Counted from the first letter of the stretch, positions 1-10,497 are shown. The stretch is DNA of 64,000 nucleotides from Bacteriovoracaceae bacterium (GCA_965217035.1 OZ244226.1:434001-498000), one strand, 5' to 3'. Notes: generated from the sequence alone by a model not told the origin. Program-made: numbers and translations.

Positions 1-2
1 CT

Positions 3-557
3 ATTCCAGTCGCCGCGCTAGTGGGTGTGATGTTTATGGTTTGTATCGGAACTTTTGAGTGGACAAGCATTAAGCTTATCAACAAAGTTCCTCGATCTGA
101 CGTTTTTGTCCTCATCCTAGTATCCGTTTTAACAATTATTTTTGATCTCGCGATTGCAGTTATCGCTGGAGTCATTAGCTCCGCGCTTGTATTTGCCTGG
201 CAAAGTGCAATTAGAATTAGAGCAAGAAAAAGCCACATTGATGAAAAAACAAAGCTTTATGAAATATGGGGGCCTCTATTTTTTGGATCGACAACTTTAT
301 TTCAGGAAAAGTTCACACCTCATGAAGACCCTGAACAAATCATTGTTGATTTTAAAGAGTCGCGAATTGCTGATCACAGTGGAATAGAGGCGGTTCAAAA
401 ATTGACTAAAAGATATAGTAAAATTGGGAAAAAGGTCCGACTTCGCCACTTAAGTCCCGATTGTCGAAAACTCCTAAGTCGGGCTGAAACAATCATTGAA
501 GTCGATGTCATAGAAGATCCTAACTATTTTGTTGTTTCTAAGGGATCCAGCTCATAA
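3..557 (+). CDS. SulP family anion transporter, C-terminal part with STAS domain (5'-truncated by window edge)
   Basis: Frame open from window start (IPVAALVG...); TM helices, then GPLFFGS and D-x-SG STAS motifs. Confidence 0.9.
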   Translation: MPVAALVGVMFMVCIGTFEWTSIKLINKVPRSDVFVLILVSVLTIIFDLAIAVIAGVISSALVFAWQSAIRIRARKSHIDEKTKLYEIWGPLFFGSTTLFQEKFTPHEDPEQIIVDFKESRIADHSGIEAVQKLTKRYSKIGKKVRLRHLSPDCRKLLSRAETIIEVDVIEDPNYFVVSKGSSS

Positions 558-611
558 CGTTTAGATGAATTCTTACGACAAAACTAGAAGAGATAAGCTA
601 TAATCTCATTA

Positions 612-1541
612 ATGTTTAAGAAAAAACTGAAATTCCTTTCCTATAACGTCCAAGATCTCTTTGTATTTCTTGATAACTATAATGGAGAAGACCTCCAGAG
701 TATCGACGAGCATGATTGGGCATCTTTTAATATCTCACTTACAAGAAATAAGCTGCTTGAAAAAATTTTAGGAATTCAAAAAGTTATTCAAGAAACTGAT
801 CCTGACGTAATTTTACTCCTAGAGGTCGGAGGCAAGGAATCTCTAGAAAACTTCAATCGATACTTTCTTGAATCAAAATATAAGGTTTTCATTCTTCCTA
901 CTAATTCTAACCGTGGTATTGAGATTGGCTATCTCTTAAAAAACAAATATGAAGCGACAATAAAGTCTCACCGCAATCACAAACTACCTAGGAATGCAAA
1001 GTTCTCAAGAGATGTCCCTGAACTGAGAGTCTCGTTTCGTAATCAACTAAAAATCATTTTTCTTGGAGTTCATCTTAAAAGTAAACTTGATAAAGAAAAG
1101 AAAGACTTCGAAGGCCGTTCTAAAAGAAGTTTTGAAATCAGTGGGCTGAAGGAAATTTTTCTAAAACTACGAAAAGATTTTTCAAAGGTTCCTATCATAT
1201 TGGCCGGTGATTTTAATGGTGTAATCCATAAAGAAGGAAGAGAACCTGAGTTTCAACAACTCTTTGAAGACACCCAACTTGAAGATATTTTAGAACTTTC
1301 AAATATTCCTATCGAGGAAAGATACACTCACCTCTTCTTTACAGCAAGCCCCAAACCGATTGCAAATCAGATCGATTATATTTTGATTGAGAAAAAATAT
1401 GAAAATCGATTGGATAAAAAACAATGCTATGTCTATCGATACAAAAATTCTTATGGTGATGCTTTAAAGATTGAAAGTTTTCAGGAAAAAAGAGATCTTC
1501 CGAGTGATCACTTCCCTTTAAGTATGGGTCTTAAACTTTAG
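612..1541 (+). CDS. Endonuclease/exonuclease/phosphatase family protein
   Basis: SYNVQ, LLLE, HLKSK, AGDFN, IDYI, SDHFP motifs. Confidence 0.9.
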   Translation: MFKKKLKFLSYNVQDLFVFLDNYNGEDLQSIDEHDWASFNISLTRNKLLEKILGIQKVIQETDPDVILLLEVGGKESLENFNRYFLESKYKVFILPTNSNRGIEIGYLLKNKYEATIKSHRNHKLPRNAKFSRDVPELRVSFRNQLKIIFLGVHLKSKLDKEKKDFEGRSKRSFEISGLKEIFLKLRKDFSKVPIILAGDFNGVIHKEGREPEFQQLFEDTQLEDILELSNIPIEERYTHLFFTASPKPIANQIDYILIEKKYENRLDKKQCYVYRYKNSYGDALKIESFQEKRDLPSDHFPLSMGLKL

Positions 1542-1738
1542 TAATGAGGTGGACGTTCGTTTTTTAAGGACGTATTCTGATCATTCCCTGAGGGCCGCTG
1601 AAGTTCTTTTAAATATTCAGTGATCTCTTCAATTTTTGATTGCTGTTGAATAACGGTTTTGTTGAGCTCTTGAATGAATTGTTCCTGATAGGAGTACTTT
1701 ACTTCAATGTCATTTAATCTCTGTTCTAAATCATTCAT
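1538..1738 (-). CDS. slyX: SlyX family protein
   Basis: Coiled coil with ELN and C-terminal ERPPHY. Confidence 0.9.
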   Translation of the reverse strand: MNDLEQRLNDIEVKYSYQEQFIQELNKTVIQQQSKIEEITEYLKELQRPSGNDQNTSLKNERPPHY

Positions 1739-1800
1739 AAGAGCTAAGTATCAAATTTAAAGAGCAAATCCAAGACTTTCGAGAAGAAATTAAGATCATT

Positions 1801-2019
1801 TTAAATTTCTAATGATTTAACAAGTGACTCAAGCCCGTTTACTTTGATTGCATAGAGTTCAGCCATCAAGCAGCCGATCTCTCCTTCCGGTAAACCATTC
1901 TCATAGAACCAGACCACATAAGGTTCTGGAAGATCAATTAAAGAAACTCCTTGGAACTTACCAAAAGGCATTGGCATCAATTTAAGCTTTTTAAGATTCT
2001 CCGGATTTGCTTCGAGCAT
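1801..2019 (-). CDS. DUF3820-like small protein
   Basis: MPFGKFQG..LIDLPEPYVVWF...IKVNGLE; start moved to ATG 2019 to avoid overlap with the + strand gene. Confidence 0.85.
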   Translation of the reverse strand: MLEANPENLKKLKLMPMPFGKFQGVSLIDLPEPYVVWFYENGLPEGEIGCLMAELYAIKVNGLESLVKSLEI

Positions 2020-2055
2020 GAAGACAATATAAATGATCTCGGTTAAAATAAAAAG

Positions 2056-2523
2056 GTGCCAGCCAATAAGTTTAAAATATGGATTGACGCCGATGCGTGT
2101 CCGAAAATGATTAAAGAGGTGGTCTTTAAAGCTTCTGCTCGAGTACAAATTGAAGTTACTCTTGTCGCTAATAGCTATATGCAAACTCCAGACTCTCCTT
2201 ATATTAGTTTCGTTCTCGTTGATAAAGGTGAAGACATCGCAGATACCTATATTGTTGATCATGTTCAACCAGAAGACATCGTTATAACCGCCGATATTCC
2301 CCTCGCTGCTTTTATCGTTGAAAAAGGAGCAGTTGGTATTAATCCACGAGGAGAGCTTTACACCGAAGAAAATGTCAGAGAGCGATTATCAATGCGAGAT
2401 TTCATGAAAGATCTGAGAGATTCAGGAATAGAAACTGGAGGCCCTGCTCCCCTCGGAGTAAAAGATAAGAGTAAATTTGCGAATGCTTTTAATAATATTC
2501 TAACGAAGAAATTAAAAGACTAA
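2056..2523 (+). CDS. YaiI/YqxD (DUF188) family protein
   Basis: IWIDADACP, ITADIPLA, NPRGELY motifs. Confidence 0.9.
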   Translation: MPANKFKIWIDADACPKMIKEVVFKASARVQIEVTLVANSYMQTPDSPYISFVLVDKGEDIADTYIVDHVQPEDIVITADIPLAAFIVEKGAVGINPRGELYTEENVRERLSMRDFMKDLRDSGIETGGPAPLGVKDKSKFANAFNNILTKKLKD

Positions 2524-3807
2524 CTATCTTCTTCTTTTTTTAGTTATTTTTTTCTTAGCTGATCTTTTTTTATAAGCAGAACCTTTCTTTTTAGCTTTTC
2601 TCGACATAGCTCTTTTATGATTCTGACTCGATCTCTTTGGTTTCATATGACCGATATCTTCAAGAGCTTTTTTATCGGCGTGATAAGGTTGATCAGTATC
2701 AATATCAATTTTTTTCTTAATGAATTTTTCAATACTATGGAAAAGACTTAATTCTGATTGATCACAGAAGGAAATTGCAACACCTTCTCTACCGGCCCTT
2801 GCCGTCCTTCCAATCCGATGAACATAACTCTCTGGGTCTTCAGGAAGATCGTAGTTAATAACATGACTGACATGATCAACATCAATTCCTCTTGAAGCAA
2901 TATCTGTAGCAATAAGAATCTTTAATTTTCCAGATCGAAAGCCTTCCAGTGCCTTTTCTCTCGCATTCTGTGATTTGTTTCCATGGATAACTCCAGAAGG
3001 GATCGAAGCCGCTTCAAGGAATTCAAGGGCCTTATTAGCCCCTCTTTTTGTTCTCGTAAAAATCAGAACACTTTTTATTTTCTCTTTTTTAAGGATATGA
3101 AGAAGAAGTTTTGGCTTATTCTTTTTAGTTAATGTGTGCATCCTTTGAAATATTTTATCAACCGTTGGTTTCTCAGGAGTGACCTCAACTCTAACAGGGT
3201 TTACAAGTAATGAATTCGCAAGTCCAGTAATACTCTTCGGCATCGTTGCAGAGAATAAAAGAGTTTGTTTCTTTTTAGGAAGTTTTTTAATGATCTTTTT
3301 AACATCATTAAAAAAACCCATATCAAGCATTCTATCAGCCTCATCCAGAATGAGCACTTCAAGCTCTTCATAACGGGCATGACCTGTCTCCATTAAATCG
3401 AGAAGACGCCCGGGAGTTGCAATCAAAATATCGAGTCCTTTATTTAAGGCCCTTATCTGTTTTCTATGACCAATTCCACCAAAAACAACGGCACTAGAGA
3501 TATTTAACCCCTTCGAATAGCTCTGAATATTCTCTTCAATCTGTGAAGCTAACTCTCTAGTCGGAGTAAGGATAAGTGAACGGACATTCTTACTCTTAGG
3601 CTTTGTTTTCTTAGTCCCTAATCGATTGATTAAGGGTAAAGAAAATGCAGCGGTCTTTCCTGTCCCCGTCTGCGCGATCCCAAGTAGATCTTTTCCTTTC
3701 AATAAGTGCGGAATTGACTGCTCCTGGATCCGAGTCGGATTAGTGTAACCCTTATCTTTTATTGCTTTTTTAATCGATGGTAGCAAATCCAGAGCGCTAA
3801 ATTTAAC
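2524..3807 (-). CDS. DEAD-box RNA helicase (RhlE-like); start uncertain (TTG 3786 or GTT 3807)
   Basis: Q motif, AQTGTGKT, PTRELA, DEAD, SAT, HRIGRTAR, basic tail. Confidence 0.92.
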   Translation of the reverse strand, partial: VKFSALDLLPSIKKAIKDKGYTNPTRIQEQSIPHLLKGKDLLGIAQTGTGKTAAFSLPLINRLGTKKTKPKSKNVRSLILTPTRELASQIEENIQSYSKGLNISSAVVFGGIGHRKQIRALNKGLDILIATPGRLLDLMETGHARYEELEVLILDEADRMLDMGFFNDVKKIIKKLPKKKQTLLFSATMPKSITGLANSLLVNPVRVEVTPEKPTVDKIFQRMHTLTKKNKPKLLLHILKKEKIKSVLIFTRTKRGANKALEFLEAASIPSGVIHGNKSQNAREKALEGFRSGKLKILIATDIASRGIDVDHVSHVINYDLPEDPESYVHRIGRTARAGREGVAISFCDQSELSLFHSIEKFIKKKIDIDTDQPYHADKKALEDIGHMKPKRSSQNHKRAMSRKAKKKGSAYKKRSAKKKITKKRRR

Positions 3808-3988
3808 AACAACGCTCCTTACAGCGAATAGACTCTATTTTATCAAACTTGAGAGTCTTCTTTTCTCACTTAAAAGTCTAAAATTAAAGACTTATTCAGA
3901 ATACTTACATTATTTCATGCTTTTCACCTTTGCTTTACATAAAGAAACGTAAATTGCTAATTTGCAGCATCTATAGCTAAAGGAATCT

Positions 3989-6145
3989 ATGAAAGTTAAT
4001 GTTCGTTATCTCGATAATTTAAGGCTTGAAGCTCTGTTTGATGACTTCTCAGTAATCTCTGATCAACCTATCCGCTACAAAGGTGATGGAACTGCACCTG
4101 GACCTTATGATTACTTTCTTGCTTCTTCAGCCATGTGTGCAGCCTACTTCGTAAAAGTATATTGTAATGCTCGAGGGATTCCGACGGATGATATTAATCT
4201 CATTCAAAACAATATCATTGATCCCGAGAATCGATACAAACAAACCATTAGTATTCAAATTGAAATTCCAGAAAGTATTTCTGAAAAAGATAGAAAGGGA
4301 ATAATCACAGCAATGGACCGTTGTACTGTTAAGCGAGTGATTCAAAACGCTCCTGAATTTATTATTGAAGCGAAGACAACCCTTGGAAAAGATTCTGGAC
4401 TAAAATATGAAACAGATGAAAATGCCAAAACAATGATTCCTGGTAAGGATTCTTCACTCGAAGAGACGATCGCCACTATGACTGCACTTATTGCAGACCT
4501 TGGAATTAACTTAGAGATTGCTTCTTGGAGAAATATTATTCCTCATGTTTGGTCAGTTCATATTCGAGATGCAGATTCTCCAATGTGTTTTACGAATGGT
4601 AAAGGCTCGACGAAAGATTCAGCTCTTTGCTCTGCTCTTGGAGAATACATCGAAAGAATCAGCAATAATTATTTTTATAATGATTTTTATCTTGGGGAAG
4701 AACTCTCTAAGGATGAGTTTGTCCACTACCCTAATGAAAAGTGGTTTCAATCAGCTGATGGACTAATGGACCCAAAGCTTTGGGAAATTTATAATCCAGA
4801 GGGGCAGTTAACACTTGACCACCTGGTTGATACAAATTCCGGAAATAAATCTCGGGGGATCTGTGCTCTTCCTTATGAGAGACAATCTGATAAAGAAACT
4901 GTTTATTTTCCAGTAAACTTAATTGGTAATCTCTTTGTAAGTAATGGAATGAGTGCCGGAAATACAATTTACGAAGCGAGAGTTCAATGCCTTTCCGAAA
5001 TCTTTGAAAGAGCTATTAAAAATCAAATTATTACTAAACAGATTACACTTCCGTCTGTTCCACAAAGTGTTTTAGAGAAGTATCCAAGAATCTTAGAAGG
5101 GATTAATAAGCTCGAAGAAAAAGGGTTTCCTGTCATTGTTAAGGATGCCTCACTAGGTGGAAAGTTCCCGGTTATGTCTGTCTCACTCATGATTCCCCAA
5201 ACAGGTGGTGTTTTCGCATCTTTTGGAGCTCATCCAAATTTTGAAGTTGCTTTAGAGAGAAGTCTTACGGAGCTTCTTCAAGGAAGAAGCTTCGAAGGAC
5301 TTAAAGATCTCCCTCCTCCAACTTTTAATGAATTCTCAGTAACTGAGCCTAATAATATTATTGATCATTTCATTGATTCTACGGGAGTAATCTCTTGGAA
5401 ATTCTTTAGTGAAAAATCAGACTTTGAATTCAATGAATGGAACTTTAGCGGAACCACAGAAGAAGAATACCATCATCTAATGGGTATCTTCAAAGAGATT
5501 GATAAGGAAGTCTATATTGCTGACTATGAAGGACTTGGCGGAAAAGCTTGTCGTATTTTAGTCCCTGGTTATTCAGAAATCTATCAAGTGGAGGATCTCG
5601 TTTGGGATAATCATAATAATGCTCTTAATTTCCGAGAAGATATTTTAAATATTCATTCACTCAACAAAGATCAGTTGCAAGCTCTTGTTAACAGACTAGA
5701 AGAAAGTGAGATTGATAATTACACTCCTATCTCTGAACTAATAGGGATCGCTTTTGATGAAAACTCTGTTTGGGGGCAATTGACGATTGGAGAGCTTAAG
5801 CTTCTTTCTTATTTATCTCTTCAAAACCTTGACCAAGCAAAGATGCTCACAGAAATGTACATCACTTTTAATGATAATCTCACCACAAGAAGAACTTTCT
5901 TTCAGGTTTTAAATATCGTTCTTGATATTACTCTCAATGAAGAACTCTCATTCGATGATTATAAGCCAAATCTAGAAAGAATGTACGGCACAGAAATGCT
6001 TTCAAACGCTGTTTATTCAGTAAGTGGAGAAATCAAATTCTTTGGATTAACTGAAACAAATATGAACTTCAAAGGTCTTGATAAACATCAAAGACTTATT
6101 GAGAGTTATAAAAAATTACATCTTAAAAGAAAGGAGCAGCAATGA
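3989..6145 (+). CDS. OsmC domain / YcaO domain fusion protein
   Basis: N-terminal OsmC-like domain (SAMCAA...DRCTV); YcaO motifs TNGKG, SALGEYIER, SNGMSAGN, SEIFER. Confidence 0.9.
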   Translation: MKVNVRYLDNLRLEALFDDFSVISDQPIRYKGDGTAPGPYDYFLASSAMCAAYFVKVYCNARGIPTDDINLIQNNIIDPENRYKQTISIQIEIPESISEKDRKGIITAMDRCTVKRVIQNAPEFIIEAKTTLGKDSGLKYETDENAKTMIPGKDSSLEETIATMTALIADLGINLEIASWRNIIPHVWSVHIRDADSPMCFTNGKGSTKDSALCSALGEYIERISNNYFYNDFYLGEELSKDEFVHYPNEKWFQSADGLMDPKLWEIYNPEGQLTLDHLVDTNSGNKSRGICALPYERQSDKETVYFPVNLIGNLFVSNGMSAGNTIYEARVQCLSEIFERAIKNQIITKQITLPSVPQSVLEKYPRILEGINKLEEKGFPVIVKDASLGGKFPVMSVSLMIPQTGGVFASFGAHPNFEVALERSLTELLQGRSFEGLKDLPPPTFNEFSVTEPNNIIDHFIDSTGVISWKFFSEKSDFEFNEWNFSGTTEEEYHHLMGIFKEIDKEVYIADYEGLGGKACRILVPGYSEIYQVEDLVWDNHNNALNFREDILNIHSLNKDQLQALVNRLEESEIDNYTPISELIGIAFDENSVWGQLTIGELKLLSYLSLQNLDQAKMLTEMYITFNDNLTTRRTFFQVLNIVLDITLNEELSFDDYKPNLERMYGTEMLSNAVYSVSGEIKFFGLTETNMNFKGLDKHQRLIESYKKLHLKRKEQQ

Positions 6146-7317
6146 GCTCGCAAAATATTTTTAAAAAATACATCTCTAATCAAGACCTCTTAAATTATTT
6201 AAATGAATCAAAACTCAAGAAACCGACTTCGATTCAAAGCATGGCGATCCCAAAACTTCTTGAAGAGGGAGACTTTATCGTTCAAGGAAAAACAGGAAGC
6301 GGAAAAACTCTTTCTTATCTCCTTCCAGTGATTCAACGTTTAAAGGAATTTGAAGCTCGAGGTATTGAGGAAAAAGCTGTGAGCCCCAAAGCAGTAATCC
6401 TTGTTCCAACCAGGGAGCTTGCTCTTCAGGTGTTCTCAGTTGCGAAAGGAATTTCTCATTTTGCTAAACTTAGAATTAGAAAACTTATTGGTGGAGATAA
6501 AGGAAAATCACTCGATAATCTTTTTAGATCAGAAATGGATATACTCATTACGAGCCCTGAACGATGCTTCCGAGCATTTAGGAAAAAAGATCTCTCTTCT
6601 AATTCAATTCGCTTCCTAGTCTTTGATGAAGCAGATCAATTATTCGACTCCTCTTTTAAGAAAACATCAAAAGAGATTGCTTCGATGACTATTAATGATC
6701 AGACACAAGTTTTCTTAGTTGGCGCTTCAAGACCAGCAAACTTTGAAGAGATCATTGAAGAAGCTTTTCCTAAGAGAGACTTTAAAACGGTAGGAAAAGG
6801 CGAAGAAAACGTTTTAAATCACAAAGTTAGTACTCATAATATTAGCCTCGAAGAGGATGATAAGTTTGTTTATGTAGAGAAATTCTTAAGAAAACAAGAC
6901 AAACGAAACGGGTTAGTCTTCATGGGCAATAAAGCTCGGGCCAAGCGTGTCTACGAGCAAATCAAAAAGACAGGAAGAAAGAAAGTTTATCTGGTTCATA
7001 AGGACCTCGAGATCAAAGAAAGAATCAAAGTCGTTGAGAGCTTTAGGAAAACAGGTGGAGTTTTAGTCTCTACCGATATTATGGCCAGAGGAATTGATAT
7101 CTCTCACTTAAACTGGATTTTAAACTTTGATCTTCCATCGGAAGCTGACTACTACCTTCACCGTTGTGGTCGAGTTGGTCGCTCAGCAAGAGCAGGAGAT
7201 GTTTTTAATTTCATTACTTCAAGAGATAATAAAAGACTTATGAAAATTAATGACTCTCTCACAGTACAAGGGCGTCTTGATATTCAGATCCCAATTCATT
7301 TTAAAAGACGTCAGTAA
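6142..7317 (+). CDS. DEAD-box RNA helicase
   Basis: GKTGSGKT, PTRELA, DEAD, ARGID, HRCGRVGR; ATGA overlap with the upstream gene. Confidence 0.9.
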   Translation: MSSQNIFKKYISNQDLLNYLNESKLKKPTSIQSMAIPKLLEEGDFIVQGKTGSGKTLSYLLPVIQRLKEFEARGIEEKAVSPKAVILVPTRELALQVFSVAKGISHFAKLRIRKLIGGDKGKSLDNLFRSEMDILITSPERCFRAFRKKDLSSNSIRFLVFDEADQLFDSSFKKTSKEIASMTINDQTQVFLVGASRPANFEEIIEEAFPKRDFKTVGKGEENVLNHKVSTHNISLEEDDKFVYVEKFLRKQDKRNGLVFMGNKARAKRVYEQIKKTGRKKVYLVHKDLEIKERIKVVESFRKTGGVLVSTDIMARGIDISHLNWILNFDLPSEADYYLHRCGRVGRSARAGDVFNFITSRDNKRLMKINDSLTVQGRLDIQIPIHFKRRQ

Positions 7318-7520
7318 ATTTCGTATTCTATCGCAAGTTTGACAGTTTTTAGAGCTGAGTTCTTAGTAAGAGTTTATTTATTACTATTTTCCATTCAATA
7401 ACTCTACATTCATTTTCTTTTCTCTCCTAAGAATTATCAAATTCGACTTCATCTGATAAAATTAAGTAGAGGATCGTATGCCTAAATAATGGCGAGATTG
7501 CTTAAATTATTTCTCTATAA

Positions 7521-7612
7521 AATTTTAGTCAGAATTGAAGCTTTAATCTTTTCAAGCGAAGTATTTTGATCAAAAAAGAAGGCTAACATTTTAAGTGTTA
7601 GCCTTTGCGTGC
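7521..7612. repeat. Copy A of ~90-bp module (near-palindrome plus minus-strand terminator)
   Basis: ATTGAAGCTTTAATCTTTT (7534-7552) and AGGCTAAC..TTAGCCTTT hairpin shared with 11790-11879. Confidence 0.8.
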
Positions 7613-7653
7613 ATATCGAAAATTTATTTTTAGTTTAAACAAAATCTTCTAGA

Positions 7654-9822
7654 TCAATTCTGAGTATCAGAAAGTGATTCAAAGCTTGCTTTTTGAATGT
7701 TCTCGCAAAGATCGAAAGCGTATATATTCGCAGTATTTTCTCTCTTCTGATAAGCCTGATAAAAATCTGAGCTTAGATCTTCTTTTTCAATCACACTTTT
7801 CCATAAATTAGTGAGGATATTAAACATCATACCAGGTTGAATAACATAACTCTCTAATCCATTATTATAAGGAGTGAACCAGCCACTAGTATCAAATCCT
7901 CTATTTTCAGCTAAATATCGTATGGAAGCAATATATCTTAAGTAGCTCACTCTTCCAGCATACTCATTTGGTTGATTTTTAAAGCTTAGATAGCTCTGAT
8001 AGACATATCGACTTTCAAACTTTCCAGTACTAAGAAGAAGGTCAAAGCGATTATCTAGTTCCCTCTGTCCTTTAAGTTGAATATCTCTCTTAATGCTATC
8101 AAGATTTAGAGAGAACTCCTTTTTTACTGACTCAGGAAGAAAATCGTTTACGTTTTTGTCATTACAAGATAATGCTCCTAGAAAAGCATATTTGAAACGA
8201 GAGAGCTTTTCATCAGTTATGATTTCATTCGATATTTTTTCAGACATCAAACCACCTATAAGAACGTCAAGTTGAACATTTTTTCTCCAATCACCAACAT
8301 CAATTCCAGTACTTGTGAGGAAGTGCCCCGAACGAAACTTAGGTAAATGCTTATAACGACCTCGATTTCTATTTCTTTTAAATTCTTTTAGATAACCGAT
8401 CTCTCTAGGAGTTAAGACATCTATTTGAGAGCCAAATTTCCCTGGCCAAAAAGTCCATTGATCCCACAAAGGCTTTGGTGAAGAACCATGGCAACCTATA
8501 CACTTTGCAGGATTCGCTTCCGAAATCTTAGGAGCAACTCGACCTCTCTGATCGAACTTAATATCTCTAAGCTCAAACTTCTTATCTTTAAAGTGAACTA
8601 TTTCCAAATTATAAAACCCTGTCTGACTTTTGTGTCCATTAAGAGCAATCATCAATTTTCCGTCTTCTCCGAACAGCGTTACGTGTGGATATTTTGTTGA
8701 TGCTCCTTGAACGGCATGTGTAAAATAAGAAAGAGTATGAAATGCTAAATACTTCTTAGGTAATAAAGATAATACCTTCTCTATCTTCTTTAGCTTACAA
8801 GTCTTAATGAGATCAACTAATTTTTCATACGTTAATTTGAATGTGTTCCTCTTCGTGCAGCTAACTTGACTATTCACCTTTGCTTTTTTTGCTCCCATAG
8901 AAGATAAATAGTTTACGACTTCTTGCCTATTAGCAAGATATGCTAAATCCAAGGGAGTCTGATTTAAAAAAGAGATTTCCGAAAGATCAACTTTCATATT
9001 TTCTACAAGATACTTTATATTTTTGAGGCTACCACTTCGAGCAGCAAAATGTAGAGGAGTTTCTCCATTAAGAGATTTTAAGTTGGAAAACTTTTTTTGA
9101 TCTATCGGTGATAATAAATCGAATAGATAATTAAGAGTAATGAACTGTTCGCTTGGCTCAGGATTATTTACTCCAGCATTGTAATGAATAATGCTATTAC
9201 CATAATTATCTACGGCCTTTATATTCATTCCTTTTTCAGCAAAATCAGAAAAAACAGACTTAGAGGTAAAGCCTTTAGATAAAAGATGAACGAGACCATC
9301 TCCATGGTGAACTTCTGGATTCCTACTAGGATGTCGAGCGTTGAAGTCGAATTTATAAGCTTGAAGAAGATTCATAACCTCTGTTATATTATCTTGTGAT
9401 CCTCCTCTATAAAAACCGTATGCGTACCATGCGGCAGAATACCCTCTATTTCCAACCATAGAAGGATTAGCTCCATTTTCTAATAATAACTTCATCACTT
9501 CCAAGTATTCTTGGTGCTTTTTATCAGCAGCTCTTTCATTTGCCCAGGATTCTACAAGCATTACAATTGAGTTATCACCAGAAATACTTCTAGCATTAAC
9601 ATCAGCACCTTGATCAATATACTTTCGAACTTCGTCAAGCGATATCTCTTTCTTTGCCGGTAAAGAAAGATCAAGTTTAAAAATATAGTCGTGTAATTCA
9701 ATTGTTGCCTTCTGATGAAACAAAAAAGAGGCTGACTCAGTAGAAATAGAACTTTTTGTTATTTTCGCCAATGATGAGTTTAAGCATATAATTAACAAGA
9801 TTAAGGTCAGTGATTTTTTCAT
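7654..9822 (-). CDS. Secreted ankyrin-repeat protein with a single CxxCH motif
   Basis: Signal peptide; GADVNAR, GETPLHFAARSG, TPLDLA ankyrin motifs; CIGCH. Confidence 0.8.
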   Translation of the reverse strand: MKKSLTLILLIICLNSSLAKITKSSISTESASFLFHQKATIELHDYIFKLDLSLPAKKEISLDEVRKYIDQGADVNARSISGDNSIVMLVESWANERAADKKHQEYLEVMKLLLENGANPSMVGNRGYSAAWYAYGFYRGGSQDNITEVMNLLQAYKFDFNARHPSRNPEVHHGDGLVHLLSKGFTSKSVFSDFAEKGMNIKAVDNYGNSIIHYNAGVNNPEPSEQFITLNYLFDLLSPIDQKKFSNLKSLNGETPLHFAARSGSLKNIKYLVENMKVDLSEISFLNQTPLDLAYLANRQEVVNYLSSMGAKKAKVNSQVSCTKRNTFKLTYEKLVDLIKTCKLKKIEKVLSLLPKKYLAFHTLSYFTHAVQGASTKYPHVTLFGEDGKLMIALNGHKSQTGFYNLEIVHFKDKKFELRDIKFDQRGRVAPKISEANPAKCIGCHGSSPKPLWDQWTFWPGKFGSQIDVLTPREIGYLKEFKRNRNRGRYKHLPKFRSGHFLTSTGIDVGDWRKNVQLDVLIGGLMSEKISNEIITDEKLSRFKYAFLGALSCNDKNVNDFLPESVKKEFSLNLDSIKRDIQLKGQRELDNRFDLLLSTGKFESRYVYQSYLSFKNQPNEYAGRVSYLRYIASIRYLAENRGFDTSGWFTPYNNGLESYVIQPGMMFNILTNLWKSVIEKEDLSSDFYQAYQKRENTANIYAFDLCENIQKASFESLSDTQN

Positions 9823-10170
9823 TTGTATTTCCTTTGGAATATCCCATGAAATTATTAATTATTCAGCGAATAAAATAATAATCTATGAGCTTATCCCTTC
9901 TATTTTTTTATACATTACAATTCTGTGATAAATAGAAAGCACTGACTTTATTGTAAATTTTTCATTTTTATTTACTATAAGCTTTCATTCCCTCTGAATG
10001 AGTAAAAAATAATAGTCATTGCATTTAGGGAAATTTCTTTTATCTTGCAGTGTATTAGTTAGAAAGCATTATCAATTTCTTTTTTCTCACAGGGCTTTGC
10101 ATTTTGCTTTCTTACACTTCAAAACTATATTTATCTGCAAAACTCTAGTCGAAATCAGAAGATCAATAAA

Positions 10171-10461
10171 CTAGTTTTTACTACAGTAGCACTCAGCAGT
10201 CCAGTAATTCCCCTCAAGAGTGGCAGTTCCATCATATTTACAGACTTTGATTTCTCGTTTTCTAGTAAAAGGGTTTATTTTATTCTCGCACCAATTACCA
10301 ACTTTAAGATCTAAGCACTTTCTTGCACTGTCATCATTACACCTTATTCTATTATTGAAAGGGTTTTCTTTGGCATAGACGCTAGGCAACCCTAAAAAAG
10401 ATACAAAGATTATTAACTTAGAATAACTTTTTAATCTAGCTATAGATACTCTCTTCATCAT
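10171..10461 (-). CDS. Small secreted 6-Cys protein
   Basis: AAGGAG RBS; signal peptide ending VYA; six Cys in mature part. Confidence 0.7.
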   Translation of the reverse strand: MMKRVSIARLKSYSKLIIFVSFLGLPSVYAKENPFNNRIRCNDDSARKCLDLKVGNWCENKINPFTRKREIKVCKYDGTATLEGNYWTAECYCSKN

Positions 10462-10497
10462 TTTCTCCTTACGATGCTATTGATACAGAAGAACCTC

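Noticed and set aside
2020..2268. N-terminal extension of the 1801..2268 ORF
   Set aside because: Antisense to the YaiI gene; the recognisable domain starts at ATG 2019
7579..7606. GGCTAAC...GTTAGCC resembling integron attC core sites
   Set aside because: Only a 9-nt spacer, no L boxes, adjacent A tract and no integrase in the window; better explained as a terminator
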